In this document: one piece after another, positions 1-11,366 of the stretch | How the letters are laid out: each line of letters opens with the position of its first letter | Numbering within the stretch: position 1 is the stretch's first letter | DNA from: an uncultured Oscillospiraceae bacterium | Lineage (GTDB): Bacteria; Bacillota; Clostridia; Oscillospirales; Acutalibacteraceae | Direction of reading: 5' to 3' | Assembly (NCBI GenBank): GCA_900544515.1 | Contig: UQVI01000001.1 | Span: 1 to 44,827 of the forward strand | DNA length: 44,827 nucleotides | The notes under the pieces: generated by a model | The model's input: the letters and a program-made list of their open reading frames with translations, nothing else | Told to the model about the DNA's origin: nothing | Databases searched by the model: none | Translations under genes and position numbers: made by a program

Positions 1-51
1 ATACGAGATTCGCCTTAGTCTCGTGGGCTCGGAGATGTGTATAAGAGACAG
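1..51 (+). other. Illumina Nextera i7 adapter remnant (P7 tail, N701 index, Read 2 primer, Tn5 mosaic end); sequencing artefact
   Basis: ATACGAGAT-TCGCCTTA-GTCTCGTGGGCTCGG-AGATGTGTATAAGAGACAG matches the known Nextera N701 adapter layout exactly. Confidence 0.99.
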
Positions 52-85
52 CAAGCAAATCATCATAATTATTATTAGAAGCCAT
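52..85 (-). CDS. 5' fragment of an unidentified CDS cut by the contig end (MASNNNYDDLL...)
   Basis: GGAGG Shine-Dalgarno upstream of ATG at 85; frame stays open into the adapter. Confidence 0.5.
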
Positions 86-194
86 TTTCATACCTCCGTA
101 AATTATTTAAATTATTATAATACAAAATATAAAATAAATAAAGGGGTAAATTGTAAACATTTGTAATCAAATATTAATTTTATTATAAAATAGT

Positions 195-1058
195 TCAATT
201 AATATATCTTGCTCTTCTTTTATTGATTTCAATAAGCTTTTTGGTAACAGCTATATTATCATAATTCTGCTTTGCTCGTACAAAAATCCAGAATTTTTTA
301 TTACACTGCACACACTTTCCTGCAGAACGAAAGGCCTTATTGACATAATCATAATCTTTAAGCACATCAATATTACCTTTACAGTCGGGACATACAAAGG
401 TAATATCCGAAATATTGAATTCCTTATCTGAAGGTGAAAGATAGTGCGGCTTATACACAAGACGTTCAAAATAAGTTTTATCACATTCAGCAATATAATC
501 AGAAAATTTTTCCTTATCAAACACTTTTTTAAAGCAATAGGCCTCTGCAAAGCAATCCTCAAGCGCCCGGTGAAGATTCTGATTTGATAAATCAATTTCA
601 AAAAGCTCTGCACAATGGCTTAAACTAATCTGATTTCCGTTATGATTTTCAATAAACTGCATACAGTATTCCTGCACATCGGCATACTTCTCTATGAAAT
701 CAATATGAGTCGTTCCTTTAAACTTAACAAAATTATCAACAAGAGTATATAAATCACTTTTTGACCAACTCAGAAAAATATTATTTTTCCCCCTGCCCCA
801 GCGAGCAAAATCTGAAAATGCATCATCAAAATCAATGCCATACGCATTTATCTCTTCCATTGAGATATTGGTCAGATTTTTAAAACGTCCTCCCAGTTTC
901 TTGCTGAGACGCGGTTTAATAAGCTGCTTAAAGGTATCAACGATTTCAAGCCGGCCGTCAAGCTTGACCGCACCGATTTCAATAATCTCGTTCATACCTT
1001 TTTTTGTTTTATAATTATAAGCATTGTTCCATTCTAAATCAAAAATAATATAATTCAT
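195..1058 (-). CDS. DEDDh 3'-5' exonuclease (ERI-1/KapD-like) with C-terminal zinc ribbon
   Basis: YIIFDLEWN, EIIEIGAVK and HRALED motifs; CPDC...CVQC near C-terminus. Confidence 0.85.
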   Translation of the reverse strand: MNYIIFDLEWNNAYNYKTKKGMNEIIEIGAVKLDGRLEIVDTFKQLIKPRLSKKLGGRFKNLTNISMEEINAYGIDFDDAFSDFARWGRGKNNIFLSWSKSDLYTLVDNFVKFKGTTHIDFIEKYADVQEYCMQFIENHNGNQISLSHCAELFEIDLSNQNLHRALEDCFAEAYCFKKVFDKEKFSDYIAECDKTYFERLVYKPHYLSPSDKEFNISDITFVCPDCKGNIDVLKDYDYVNKAFRSAGKCVQCNKKFWIFVRAKQNYDNIAVTKKLIEINKRRARYIN

Positions 1059-1070
1059 AAAATCTATTCC

Positions 1071-1103
1071 AAAAAAATTAACCTTGCATAAAGCAAGGTT
1101 AAT
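1071..1103 (-). terminator. Intrinsic terminator after secG
   Basis: 11-bp stem ATTAACCTTGC/GCAAGGTTAAT followed by a T run on the minus strand. Confidence 0.75.
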
Positions 1104-1113
1104 CCATAAAATT

Positions 1114-1365
1114 TTATCCTATATACAGAAAAATAAGGAATGCTGCAAGTACTATAGCAAAAAATCCAACAATCAACCATTTTGTGATTTTTTCAAGCTT
1201 AGCTTCAACTGTCCTGCCCTTTGATTTGCCGAGAAAAGTCTCAGCTCCGCCTGCAATCGCACCGGAAAGGTTCTGTGAACGGCCTTCCTGCATAAGAACT
1301 ACAATAGTTATAATGATAGATGCTACAATAAGTACAGCACCAAATACATAATGATACCAGGACAT
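1114..1365 (-). CDS. secG: Preprotein translocase subunit SecG
   Basis: 83 aa, two TM helices, VLMQEGRSQNLSGAIAGGAETFLGK signature. Confidence 0.95.
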   Translation of the reverse strand: MSWYHYVFGAVLIVASIIITIVVLMQEGRSQNLSGAIAGGAETFLGKSKGRTVEAKLEKITKWLIVGFFAIVLAAFLIFLYIG

Positions 1366-1400
1366 TTTTATTCCTCCGATTTCGATAAATTACTTAGAGA

Positions 1401-1429
1401 ATTATATCATATGAAATATAATAATGCAA
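1401..1429 (-). promoter_or_regulatory. Sigma-A promoter of secG
   Basis: TTGCAT-17bp-TATAAT with extended -10 TG. Confidence 0.65.
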
Positions 1430-1445
1430 GTGTTTTTTTAATTAA

Positions 1446-3686
1446 TTAAAAAGTCATTTGCTCAGCAACATCATTTTCACTGGGAAGAGCTCCGGCAGCA
1501 GGCAGATTTTTAGCTCTGAAACGCCATTCCTTTTCAAATTCTCCCTGCTTATAAAGGTGAAGTGATGTTACCTTATGCGTCTTTTTAAGCTTCATTGCAG
1601 CAATGCCCTGCGTGTCCTTCGTTGTTTTCGGAAGAATACCTGCAGTATTGACAAGAAGCATTCTTCCGCTTGAAGAGCAAAGAACAATATCTGTATCCTC
1701 TTTGATATAAATAGCCTGAGCCAGCGGTGCTTTAGCAGAATAAGCATTAATCAGCTTTTTTCTGTTCGTCTTTGTTGCATAGGCTGAAAGATCTACCTTA
1801 GCAAGCTTTCCGTTTTCAAAAACAAAAATCATATAGCCGGTATATTCACTGAGCACAGCCATATAAATTACCTGCTCGTTTTCTGCCATTTCAAGCTTTG
1901 ACGCAACATATTCACCAAGAACAGAGGCTTTTGTATCAGCGAAATCATCAACCTTTGATTTGTAAACCTGCTGGTTATTCGTAAAGAACAGCAACTCATC
2001 TTTGTTTGAGCACTCAATTTCAGGTAGCATTTTATCGCCCTCCTTGAGTTTCTGTTCACCGCTCATACGAAGATTGGCGGTTTTTATCTTTTTAAGATAA
2101 CCGTGCTCAGACAGGAAGAGCGTTACGGGATAATCAGGAATTTCAACAGTTTCAACAAATTCCTCATCGGTTACCTCATAGAGTACCTCGCTCTTTCTTC
2201 CGCTGTCATACTTCTTGGCAACAGCATCAAGCTCATTGATGATGATTTTCTTCATCTTGTTCTTGCTTGCCAGTGTTGATTCAAGCTCGGCAATATCGGA
2301 CTCAAGCTGTTCTATATCCTTAATACGCTTAAGAATATACTCACGGTTCAGGTGACGCAGCTTGATTTCTGCTACATACTCCGCCTGTGTTTCGTCAATA
2401 CCAAAGCCAATCATAAGATTCGGAACAACCTCAGATTCGCTTTCCGTTTCTCTGACGATTTTGATTGCCTTATCAATATCAAGCAGAATCTTTGAAAGAC
2501 CTTTTAAAAGATGCAGCTGTTTTCTCTTCTTCTCAAGATTGAAAGTAATCCTTCTTCTGATACATTCAAGACGGAAATCAATCCATTCAAGAAGAATACT
2601 TCTTACGCCAAGCACCATAGGTCTGCCTTTAATAAGCACATTAAAATTACAGCTGAAGGAATCCTGAAGCGGTGTCATCTTATAAAGCTTTGTCATAAAG
2701 GTATCCGGATTCATACCACGCTTAAGGTCAATTGTAATTCTCAAACCTGACAAATCCGTCTCATCACGGACATCGCTGATTTCCTTAATCTTATTGGTTT
2801 TAACGAGCTCAATGATTTTATCAATAATGGCCTCAGATGTTGTGGTTGGTGGAATCTGAGTGATATCAATACAGTTATATTTCTTATCATAACTGTATTT
2901 TGCACGGACTTTTACTGAGCCGCGACCTGTTGCATAAATTTTTTCAAGCTCGTCCTTATCATATAAAATATAACCGCCGCCCACAAAATCAGGAGCAATC
3001 AGCGTATCTGATACAACGTGGTCAGGATTTTTCATCAAGGCAATTGTTGTGTCACAAATTTCCTTAAGATTAAATGACGCAATAGATGATGCCATACCGG
3101 CAGCAATACCTGTTGTTACATTACACAGTATGGACGGAAATGTAACCGGCAGGAGTGTCGGCTCCGTCATAGTGTTATCATAGTTAGGAACAAAATCAAC
3201 GGTATCAAGCTTTATATCATCAAAAAGCTCATGACATATTGGAGCCAGCTTAGCCTCAGTATATCGAGAAGCCGCATACATCATATTTTTACTGTACGCC
3301 TTACCAAAGTTACCCTTTGATTCAACAAAAGGATACAGCAAAGATTCGTTACCGCGTGACAATCTTACCATCGTTTCATATATAGCTGCATCACCATGCG
3401 GATTGAGCTGCATCGTACGTCCGACAATGTTAGCACTCTTGATTGTACCGCCCTGCAGAAGACCCATTGTATACATAGTATAAAGCAGCTTTCTGTGTGA
3501 CGGCTTGAGTCCGTCAATTTCAGGAATCGCACGTGACAGAATAACACTCATTGCGTATGGCATAAAGTTGTCCGTAAGCGTGGTTGTAATGATTTCATCT
3601 TTTACAAGACCTGCACCCTTAATATGGACATTATCTGCCAGAGGATTATTCTGCTTAATGTCTTCACTTTTCTTTCTTTTCGCCAA
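1446..3686 (-). CDS. parC: Type IIA topoisomerase subunit A, ParC-like (topoisomerase IV A or second gyrase A)
   Basis: DGLKPSHRK, PHGDAAIY, catalytic AASRYTE; beta-pinwheel-like CTD without an obvious QxRGGKG GyrA box; TTG start after AGGAGG. Confidence 0.8.
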   Translation of the reverse strand: MAKRKKSEDIKQNNPLADNVHIKGAGLVKDEIITTTLTDNFMPYAMSVILSRAIPEIDGLKPSHRKLLYTMYTMGLLQGGTIKSANIVGRTMQLNPHGDAAIYETMVRLSRGNESLLYPFVESKGNFGKAYSKNMMYAASRYTEAKLAPICHELFDDIKLDTVDFVPNYDNTMTEPTLLPVTFPSILCNVTTGIAAGMASSIASFNLKEICDTTIALMKNPDHVVSDTLIAPDFVGGGYILYDKDELEKIYATGRGSVKVRAKYSYDKKYNCIDITQIPPTTTSEAIIDKIIELVKTNKIKEISDVRDETDLSGLRITIDLKRGMNPDTFMTKLYKMTPLQDSFSCNFNVLIKGRPMVLGVRSILLEWIDFRLECIRRRITFNLEKKRKQLHLLKGLSKILLDIDKAIKIVRETESESEVVPNLMIGFGIDETQAEYVAEIKLRHLNREYILKRIKDIEQLESDIAELESTLASKNKMKKIIINELDAVAKKYDSGRKSEVLYEVTDEEFVETVEIPDYPVTLFLSEHGYLKKIKTANLRMSGEQKLKEGDKMLPEIECSNKDELLFFTNNQQVYKSKVDDFADTKASVLGEYVASKLEMAENEQVIYMAVLSEYTGYMIFVFENGKLAKVDLSAYATKTNRKKLINAYSAKAPLAQAIYIKEDTDIVLCSSSGRMLLVNTAGILPKTTKDTQGIAAMKLKKTHKVTSLHLYKQGEFEKEWRFRAKNLPAAGALPSENDVAEQMTF

Positions 3687-3699
3687 AACAATCCCCTCC

Positions 3700-5679
3700 T
3701 TAGCTTACATCAGCTGCGTCCAAATACAGATGTCCGTAGTCTGAAATATATTCTTTTCGTCCATCCAAATTATCACCCAGAAGCAAATCAAATATCTGTG
3801 ATGTTTTTTCAGCATCATCAGGTGTAACTTTAATCAGACGGCGTGTTGCAGGGTTCATTGTTGTAAGAGCCATCATTTCAGCCTCATTCTCGCCAAGACC
3901 CTTTGAACGCTGTACACTGTATTTTTTATCACCGATTTCAGCTTTGATTTCATCCATTTCCATTTCATTATAAGCGAAATAAGTCTGCTCACCGCAGGTC
4001 ACCTCATAGAGCGGTGACTCAGCAATATACACCTTGCCTGCCTCAATCAGCTTAGGCATAAGGCGGTAAATCATTGTTAAAATAAGTGTTCTGATATGGA
4101 AGCCGTCCACATCGGCATCAGTACAGATCAGTACCTTTGACCAGCGAAGATTGTCCATATCAAACATAGAAAGGTCTTTTGCTGCCTTGCTCTTAACCTC
4201 CACACCGCAGCCAAGCACCTTTATCAAATCCGTGATAATATCACTCTTGAATATTTTATCGTAGTCCGATTTGAGGCAGTTCAGTATTTTACCGCGTACT
4301 GGGATAATCGCTTGGAAATTGGCATCCCTCGCCTGCTTACAGGCACCGAGAGCCGAATCACCCTCTACTATAAATACCTCACGTTCATTAACATCCTTTG
4401 AACGGCAGTCAACAAATTTCTGAATACGGTTTGTCATATCCATTTTTGACTGCAGAGAAGTTTTTAATGTCTTACGTGTATTCTCAGCCTTGACTCTTGC
4501 GCGCATATTGATAAGCACCTGATTGGCGATTTTATCAGCGTCCATTTTATTTTCAATAAAATAAACCTCAAGCTGTTTACGGAAGAAATCAGTCATTGCT
4601 TCCTGAATAAATTTATTGGTAATAGCCTTCTTTGTCTGATTTTCATAAGATGTCTGTGTAGAAAAGGAGGACACTACAAAAATGATACAATCCTCAACAT
4701 CCTGAATGTTAATCTGACCGTCCGACTTTGTATACTTATTATTAGCCTTGAGATAAGCATTAATCTGATTTACAAATGCACTTTTAAATGCTTTTTCAGG
4801 TGCACCGCCGTGCTCAAGAAAGCTTGAATTGTGAAAATACTCCTTAAGCTGCGTTTTCAGTGAAAAGCAGAGCGCTGCCTTGATTTTCAGCTTATAATCA
4901 GGCAAGTCCTCACGGTCACGGCCCTTCCTTTCACACTCCCAGTACTGAGGTGTGGTAAAAGCAGTATCTCCTGCAAGCTCTTTTACATAGTCCATAATAC
5001 CGTCGTTATAACAGTATTCAAAGGTTTCAAACTTTGAAGCAGACTGCTGATCCTTAAGGACAAACTTTATACCGTCGTTGACGATAGCCTGTTTTCTGAT
5101 TGTGTCCTTAAAATAATCAATCGGTACATTAATATCTGTAAATACATCAAGGTCAGGCTTCCACTTAATGCGTGTGCCTGTATCCTTTTTATCGTATTTC
5201 TCTTTTTTAAGACCGCCTACATTTTCTCCCTTTTCAAAATGGAGCGTATATTTGTAACCGCCTGTATGAACCTCTGCATCCATATATTCAGATGCATACT
5301 GCGTAGCACACAGACCAAGACCGTTAAGACCAAGTGAAAACTCATAGTTTTCTCCATCTGTATCATACTTGCCGCCCGCATACATTTCACAGAACAGAAG
5401 CTCCCAGTTAAACTTTTCTTCATTTTTATTGTAATCAACAGGTATTCCTCTTCCGAAGTCCTGCACCTCAATTGAGCCGTCAAGAAAACGGGTGATAACA
5501 ATTCTGTTACCATAGCCCTCTCTTGCCTCATCAATTGAGTTTGACATAATCTCAAATATAGCGTGCTGGCAACCGTCAAGTCCGTCAGAGCCAAAAATAA
5601 CCGCAGGTCTTTTACGAACTCGATCCGCACCTTTTAAAGATTTAATACTTTCGTTTCCGTATTCTTTCTTCTTAGCCAA
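3700..5679 (-). CDS. parE: Type IIA topoisomerase subunit B, ParE-like
   Basis: VRKRPA, NSIDE, DFGRGIP, EGDSA, PVRGKILN, TDADVDG, KGLGE; start moved to TTG at 5679 behind a GGAGGGG SD. Confidence 0.8.
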   Translation of the reverse strand: MAKKKEYGNESIKSLKGADRVRKRPAVIFGSDGLDGCQHAIFEIMSNSIDEAREGYGNRIVITRFLDGSIEVQDFGRGIPVDYNKNEEKFNWELLFCEMYAGGKYDTDGENYEFSLGLNGLGLCATQYASEYMDAEVHTGGYKYTLHFEKGENVGGLKKEKYDKKDTGTRIKWKPDLDVFTDINVPIDYFKDTIRKQAIVNDGIKFVLKDQQSASKFETFEYCYNDGIMDYVKELAGDTAFTTPQYWECERKGRDREDLPDYKLKIKAALCFSLKTQLKEYFHNSSFLEHGGAPEKAFKSAFVNQINAYLKANNKYTKSDGQINIQDVEDCIIFVVSSFSTQTSYENQTKKAITNKFIQEAMTDFFRKQLEVYFIENKMDADKIANQVLINMRARVKAENTRKTLKTSLQSKMDMTNRIQKFVDCRSKDVNEREVFIVEGDSALGACKQARDANFQAIIPVRGKILNCLKSDYDKIFKSDIITDLIKVLGCGVEVKSKAAKDLSMFDMDNLRWSKVLICTDADVDGFHIRTLILTMIYRLMPKLIEAGKVYIAESPLYEVTCGEQTYFAYNEMEMDEIKAEIGDKKYSVQRSKGLGENEAEMMALTTMNPATRRLIKVTPDDAEKTSQIFDLLLGDNLDGRKEYISDYGHLYLDAADVS

Positions 5680-5716
5680 AATTTCCCCTCCGATACAGAA
5701 GTTCATATTCCGTGAT

Positions 5717-5745
5717 ATAATACAATATATTGTGCAAAAAGTCAA
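5717..5745 (-). promoter_or_regulatory. Putative sigma-A promoter of the topoisomerase operon
   Basis: TTGACT-17bp-TATTAT; supports the 5679 start. Confidence 0.55.
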
Positions 5746-5795
5746 GATTACTTTAATAAATATACAGCAGTAGTGTCTTATCATCTTATATCGAC

Positions 5796-5827
5796 AAAAA
5801 ACCGCAGTTATTACAAACTGCGGTTTT
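5796..5827 (-). terminator. Intrinsic terminator after the GH2 gene
   Basis: AAAACCGCAGTT-6nt-AACTGCGGTTTT hairpin with A/T tails. Confidence 0.8.
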
Positions 5828-5835
5828 AAATTGTA

Positions 5836-7905
5836 TTATTGATTATATTTCCAGTTCACCGTATCACTTATATTGTCAGCAACAGCAGTTATTGTATTAT
5901 CGCCATTTTTAAGATGCACTGATGAAAAAACAAAAATATGACTTTGTTTATTATCTTTATCTTTTATCGCTGCAATTTTTTTACCATTAAGACTGAGCGT
6001 TACTTCCTGAGCATTTGAATACACCTTAACATCTATAGTACGCTCTTCCCTTTCTGAAAATCTAGAAGAGGTTATATGAACAACAGGCACACTGCTCCAG
6101 TATGATTTATATAGATAGAACGCATCCTTCTTAATTTTTCTATCATATGTAACAAGACCTTTATTATTCATTCCGGGCATTGCACCCTCATTGCGTGAAT
6201 CAATTGCAAAGTCAAACATATTCCATACGAACGTTCCCCATATTTTATTGGAACGCTTTTTCATAAAATACTTAAGTGCATTTTCGTGTACAATAGACTG
6301 CCATTCCTCACTGTGAAAATCGCATACGGTGTCTTTCGGCTGAGAAGGTTTTTCACTGTGATGAAGAACATTTGAGCCTGCACCATACTCCGATACTGCA
6401 ACTCCCTTTAATCGGTTAGCCCTCATATGATAGTTTGCCTGAAATGGGAAATGCGTTTCCTTTCCGCCATACCAACCTGGATATATATTACATCCTCTTA
6501 TATCCGCTTTCCATTTATATGATTTTGTATGATTTGTAGCTAAAGCAGAATAACGCTGATTATCAAGAGAATGAACAAGCTTATCAAGTTCCTCCATCAT
6601 ATACTGTGCCGTTTTGCCGTATTCAGCCATTACCTCATTGGACATACTCCAGCAGAATATGGATGGTCTGTGACCCTGTTGTTTTATGAGTTCGGTCATT
6701 TGCAGTTTAGCATTATTCAAAAAGCTTTCCTCAACGGCTTTATTCTTAACCTTGTCAGTCGGCAAGCCTGATATACCGAGACCGCCGATTCTGTCTACAA
6801 AAGGAATTTCTGCCCAGACGAGAAGACCGTATCTGTCACACAAATCATAAAAATGAGGATGATGCGGATAATGAGCAAGTCTTATCGCATTTGCTCCGAT
6901 TTCATAAATCATTGCAAAATCCTCATCATGCTCCTTAGCTGTAATTGCCCAGCCCATATCCTTTCTGTCCTGATGTCGGTTGACGCCTCTCAGCGGGTAG
7001 GAAGCACCATTTAAAAAGAAGCCTTTTCGGCTGTCTATGGAAAAACAGCGAATACCGACATATTTTTCAATCGTCTCAATTTCAGTATCACCATTGTAAA
7101 GCGTAAAAACTACTTTATATAGAAAAGGATCCTTTCTGCCGTTCCAAAGATGCGGATGATGAATCGTTAAAGCTGAATCAAATCTGCCGTTAACAATATT
7201 GCCTTTTGTTTTGTCAATCACCTTTTTATCATAAGACATTTCATAATCTGTATTAAAATCCGTTACAGAAATATCATCACATTTTTCAAATGTATCAGGC
7301 ACGGTAACTTCTGCAGTAACACTGCAGTTATCCGTAATACCATTAATCCGTGCTCCGACATTAAGAACTGCATTATCTATGATTTCAGGCGAGTTATGAT
7401 AGGTAACATTCACTCCGTCAGACCCATAATCATCAAGAGCAAAATGCGTCTTGTTACAGACAATCAGATTCACATCCCTGTATATTCCGCCGAAAAATGT
7501 AAAATCGGCTGTCAGCGGAATCACATCTGCGAATGGAGAATTATCCGCACAAACCAATATCTGATTATTGCCGTTTACAAGAGCATCCGTCACATTAAAT
7601 CTAAACAGAGTATATCCACCGCGATGCTGACCGATATGTATACCGTTAACGTATAAATCTGCAACAGAATTCACGCCTACAAATTCAAGCCAGTATTCTT
7701 TGCTGCTATCCTTTTCAACATCCAGTAAATATTTGTACCAGCCTTTGCCGCGAAGGTAATCGCCTCCGCCGTCCTGACCGTCTAAGTTATTCCAGGTATG
7801 GGGTACGGATATATCCTTCCAGTCCGTATTTGCATTTATTTCACTTATATCAGATAATCCATATATAAACTGCCAATGATCTGAAAGTATTCTTTTTTCT
7901 CTCAT
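5836..7905 (-). CDS. Glycoside hydrolase family 2 (beta-galactosidase/beta-glucuronidase type), no signal peptide
   Basis: VPHTWN, FGGIYRDV, GVNRHQD, RLAHYPH, WSMSNE (acid/base), VSEYGAG (nucleophile), NNKGLVTYDR; start moved to MREKR at 7905. Confidence 0.9.
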   Translation of the reverse strand: MREKRILSDHWQFIYGLSDISEINANTDWKDISVPHTWNNLDGQDGGGDYLRGKGWYKYLLDVEKDSSKEYWLEFVGVNSVADLYVNGIHIGQHRGGYTLFRFNVTDALVNGNNQILVCADNSPFADVIPLTADFTFFGGIYRDVNLIVCNKTHFALDDYGSDGVNVTYHNSPEIIDNAVLNVGARINGITDNCSVTAEVTVPDTFEKCDDISVTDFNTDYEMSYDKKVIDKTKGNIVNGRFDSALTIHHPHLWNGRKDPFLYKVVFTLYNGDTEIETIEKYVGIRCFSIDSRKGFFLNGASYPLRGVNRHQDRKDMGWAITAKEHDEDFAMIYEIGANAIRLAHYPHHPHFYDLCDRYGLLVWAEIPFVDRIGGLGISGLPTDKVKNKAVEESFLNNAKLQMTELIKQQGHRPSIFCWSMSNEVMAEYGKTAQYMMEELDKLVHSLDNQRYSALATNHTKSYKWKADIRGCNIYPGWYGGKETHFPFQANYHMRANRLKGVAVSEYGAGSNVLHHSEKPSQPKDTVCDFHSEEWQSIVHENALKYFMKKRSNKIWGTFVWNMFDFAIDSRNEGAMPGMNNKGLVTYDRKIKKDAFYLYKSYWSSVPVVHITSSRFSEREERTIDVKVYSNAQEVTLSLNGKKIAAIKDKDNKQSHIFVFSSVHLKNGDNTITAVADNISDTVNWKYNQ

Positions 7906-7974
7906 AATGATTCTGCCTTTCCAAAATATACTTTTCTCAATAGCATTGTAACAAAGACACAAAAATTTTTCAAC

Positions 7975-8015
7975 AAATAAAAAGCAGCTAATGCATTCAT
8001 ATCATTAACTGCTTT
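7975..8015 (-). terminator. Intrinsic terminator after ftsH
   Basis: AAAGCAGCTAATG...CATTAACTGCTTT hairpin with a T run on the minus strand. Confidence 0.65.
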
Positions 8016-8032
8016 GGGATAATCAATTATCT

Positions 8033-10069
8033 TTATTCGTTATTTTCACTATCTGAATTACTGTCAGTCTGTGACTGATTAACTGCATCCTCTCCAGGCT
8101 CTGTTGAAACAGTCTCAGCATCATCAGTTACAGAAGTATTCTGTACATCATCTTCTGCCTTAACAACAGCTTTCTCTTCTTTTTCTTTGATAAATCCGTT
8201 TTCCATAAGCTGAACAAACTCGTCTTTATCAAGCTTTTCTCTTTCCATAAGTGTAACGGCAACGAGCTTGAGCTTATCCATATTTTCAGTCAGAATATCT
8301 TTCGTTCTGTCATAAGCATCATTGATAATGCGTGTTACCTCTTCATCAATCTTAGCAGCGGTTTCTTCAGAATAGTTTTTAACCTTACCGTAATCGCGTC
8401 CGATAAATACTTCCTGATTATCGCCACTGTAATTGATAGGTCCGATAACATCGCTCATACCATATCTCATAACCATCTCTCTGACAGTATTTGTTGCATG
8501 CTCAATATCATTGGATGCACCTGTTGAAACGTCATCCATAACAAGTGCTTCAGCAACTCTTCCGCCAAGTGCAGAAACTACAAAATCAAGCATTTCATTC
8601 TTGGAATTATAGTTTTCCTCCTGAGGCTGATACATTGTATAACCGCCTGCACCCATACCGCGAGGGATAATGGAAATTTCTTCAACAGGATCATGATTAT
8701 CAAGGAAATATGCCACTACTGCGTGACCTGCTTCGTGGAATGCAGTGAGCTTTAATGCTTTTTCGCTATACTTATGAGACTTCTTCTCAGCACCCATACG
8801 TACCTTTACCATAGCCTCCTGAATTTCAGCATAAGTAATAGCTTTATAACCTCTTCGTGCTGCAAGAAGTGCAGCCTCATTCATAAGATTTTCAAGATCA
8901 GCACCAACAAAGCCGATTGTGCTCTTAGCAACACTCTTAAGATCAACATCCGGAGCAAGAGGCTTATTCTTTGAATGTACCTTCAGAATCTCCTCACGTC
9001 CCTTAGTATCAGGTCTTCCGACAGTAACCTGTCTGTCAAATCTGCCCGGTCTTAAAATAGCACTGTCAAGAACATCAGGTCTGTTCGTAGCAGCGATAAC
9101 AATTACGCCTTCGTTGGTACCAAAGCCATCCATTTCAACAAGAAGCTGATTAAGAGTCTGCTCACGTTCATCATTACCATTGCCGAGACCTGAGCCTCTC
9201 TGACGGCCTACCGCATCAATTTCATCAATAAATACAATGGCAGGTGATTTTTTCTTTGCCTGGTCAAAAAGGTCACGGACACGTGAAGCACCGACACCAA
9301 CATACATTTCAACAAAATCAGAACCGGAGATGGAAAGGAAAGGTACACCTGCTTCACCTGCAACGGCTCTTGCAAGAAGGGTTTTACCGGTACCGGGAGG
9401 GCCAACTAAAAGAACGCCTTTCGGAATTCTTGCACCAAGCTGAGTGAATTTATCAGGGTCTTTAAGGAAATCAACGAGTTCAACAAGCTCTTCCTTTTCC
9501 TCATCACAGCCTGCGACATCTGCAAAGGTTGTTTTTCTTCCCTCATCATCAGTAAGATTTTTTGCTTTTATTCTGCCGAAGCCGAGTGTACGATTGGTTT
9601 CGTTATTCATTTCCTTGCTCATTCTTCTGAAAGCAAATACCGCAAGTCCTACGATAACAACAAACATCAAAACAGTAGGCAGCATACTGATAAATAAATT
9701 GTTTGAAACGCCTTTTTTATAGTCATAAACAATTTTGTTATCCTTATTCTTAGCGTCGTTATTAAAATTATCTATATCCTCTTTTATATCATCAAGAAAC
9801 AGAGAAACATTAGGAACGGAATACTGCTGAACCTTCGCCTTATCCTTGTCCTTTTCTACGTCCTTAAAGGTCTTATAAGAAAGATTGCCGCTTGAAAGAT
9901 CGAGAGTGAATTCCGCAATTTCACCATTTTCAAACATAGATACAATTTCAGAATACTTAGTCTCTGTCTTGCTCTGCTGATTTGCTAAAAACATAATCGA
10001 CACAACAAGAAGCACAGGAATAAGCAGATAAATTAAAATAGATTTCCAATTCTTTGCCATATTATTCAT
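8033..10069 (-). CDS. ftsH: ATP-dependent zinc metalloprotease FtsH
   Basis: Two TM helices, Walker A GPPGTGKT, Walker B FIDEID, SRH RPGRFDR, HEAGH zinc motif. Confidence 0.98.
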   Translation of the reverse strand: MNNMAKNWKSILIYLLIPVLLVVSIMFLANQQSKTETKYSEIVSMFENGEIAEFTLDLSSGNLSYKTFKDVEKDKDKAKVQQYSVPNVSLFLDDIKEDIDNFNNDAKNKDNKIVYDYKKGVSNNLFISMLPTVLMFVVIVGLAVFAFRRMSKEMNNETNRTLGFGRIKAKNLTDDEGRKTTFADVAGCDEEKEELVELVDFLKDPDKFTQLGARIPKGVLLVGPPGTGKTLLARAVAGEAGVPFLSISGSDFVEMYVGVGASRVRDLFDQAKKKSPAIVFIDEIDAVGRQRGSGLGNGNDEREQTLNQLLVEMDGFGTNEGVIVIAATNRPDVLDSAILRPGRFDRQVTVGRPDTKGREEILKVHSKNKPLAPDVDLKSVAKSTIGFVGADLENLMNEAALLAARRGYKAITYAEIQEAMVKVRMGAEKKSHKYSEKALKLTAFHEAGHAVVAYFLDNHDPVEEISIIPRGMGAGGYTMYQPQEENYNSKNEMLDFVVSALGGRVAEALVMDDVSTGASNDIEHATNTVREMVMRYGMSDVIGPINYSGDNQEVFIGRDYGKVKNYSEETAAKIDEEVTRIINDAYDRTKDILTENMDKLKLVAVTLMEREKLDKDEFVQLMENGFIKEKEEKAVVKAEDDVQNTSVTDDAETVSTEPGEDAVNQSQTDSNSDSENNE

Positions 10070-11366
10070 TAATTAAATCCTCCGAAGGAAGTCTTAACAG
10101 ACAATATATATTCTGTGTATCAGAAGAAACCTTTACTCTTTCATCAACACAGTATCCAATAACACCGATTACACCCTCATCGTCAGCAGCAATGCTGACA
10201 GAATCGCGTATCTCCTGTGGTATTTTCATTTCATTAAATAGCTTTTTCAATGTTTTGGTACATCCGCGACCGGCAGGACTGATGCTATCCCCTGCCTGAC
10301 GTGTACGAATTCTCACTTTTCCGATAATTTTATCACAGTCACAGTAAAAATCAACACCTTTTAAATCAAATTCAGAAATTTTTAAAACTTTCGACACAAA
10401 AGAGAAATCATTTTCTCTTGCAGTAAAATCAGCAAATCTCAGATATTTTTTATCACAAACAGCGAAAAGGTTTCCTGAAATCTGTTCTTTCCCGGTTTTG
10501 CCAATCAATCCTAACACTTTGTTCAGATGAACTCTGTCAAGTGTTATACCATAATCTGAAAAATATTTTAAAATAATTCTTTTGATAATTGCAATATCAT
10601 ATTTGCACAGCATATCAAGACTGAGCTTATCATCAATGCACACTTCATTATAGGCAGTATGAACAGTTTTTTCAATAAAAGCAGTATCCTCATTCATATC
10701 CGAAATAAAGGCTTGTGAAACCCTTTCAAAATCCGGATTCAGCTTTTCAAGTTCAGGAACAATAATATTACGTATATAATTTCGGGAATATTCATTGCTT
10801 TCATTCGTGCTGTCCGTTCTGTAAAGAATATGATTTTCAGAACAAAAAGCCCTTATTTCATCAGATGAAAGCTCAATAAGAGGTCTTATAATTTTTCCTC
10901 TTACAGGAGGTATTCCGCAAACACCCTTTAAACCTGTACCGCGTGCCAATCTGAAGATTAATGTTTCAACATTATCCGAAAGATTATGAGCAGTCGCAAT
11001 TTTACTGCAGGATACAGAATCAAAAAATTCATATCGCCGACGACGTGAATATTCCTCAACACCCAATTTTACTGTTTCGGCTTCACGAACCGCATCAATT
11101 GAAAGCTGATGATATTCAATAGAATGCTCTTTGCAGAAATTCTCAACAAATTCAGCATCCTCAATAGATTCCTGTCCTCTGATTCCGTGCTCAACATGAG
11201 CTGCAGCAACCGTAATATTATATTTTTCAGCGGCAGAAAGCATAAAATGGAGCAGCAGCATGGAATCCGCACCGCCTGATACGGCAACAAGCACCTTATC
11301 CCCTGCCGACAGCATATTATATTTTTCTATTGTACTGCAAATTGTATTATAAACTTTATTATTCAT
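10062..11366 (-). CDS. tilS: tRNA(Ile)-lysidine synthetase
   Basis: PP-loop [24 protein letters not shown]; start moved to MNNKV at 11366, overlapping the dnaB stop. Confidence 0.95.
   Translation of the reverse strand: MNNKVYNTICSTIEKYNMLSAGDKVLVAVSGGADSMLLLHFMLSAAEKYNITVAAAHVEHGIRGQESIEDAEFVENFCKEHSIEYHQLSIDAVREAETVKLGVEEYSRRRRYEFFDSVSCSKIATAHNLSDNVETLIFRLARGTGLKGVCGIPPVRGKIIRPLIELSSDEIRAFCSENHILYRTDSTNESNEYSRNYIRNIIVPELEKLNPDFERVSQAFISDMNEDTAFIEKTVHTAYNEVCIDDKLSLDMLCKYDIAIIKRIILKYFSDYGITLDRVHLNKVLGLIGKTGKEQISGNLFAVCDKKYLRFADFTARENDFSFVSKVLKISEFDLKGVDFYCDCDKIIGKVRIRTRQAGDSISPAGRGCTKTLKKLFNEMKIPQEIRDSVSIAADDEGVIGVIGYCVDERVKVSSDTQNIYCLLRLPSEDLINE

Noticed and set aside
5680..5784. 35-aa N-terminal extension of the topoisomerase B ORF
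   Set aside because: Overlaps the promoter; a strong SD precedes TTG at 5679
7906..7962. N-terminal extension of the GH2 ORF (similar over-calls for tilS, the RimK gene and the flap endonuclease)
   Set aside because: Downstream starts have better SD spacing and match where the family motifs begin
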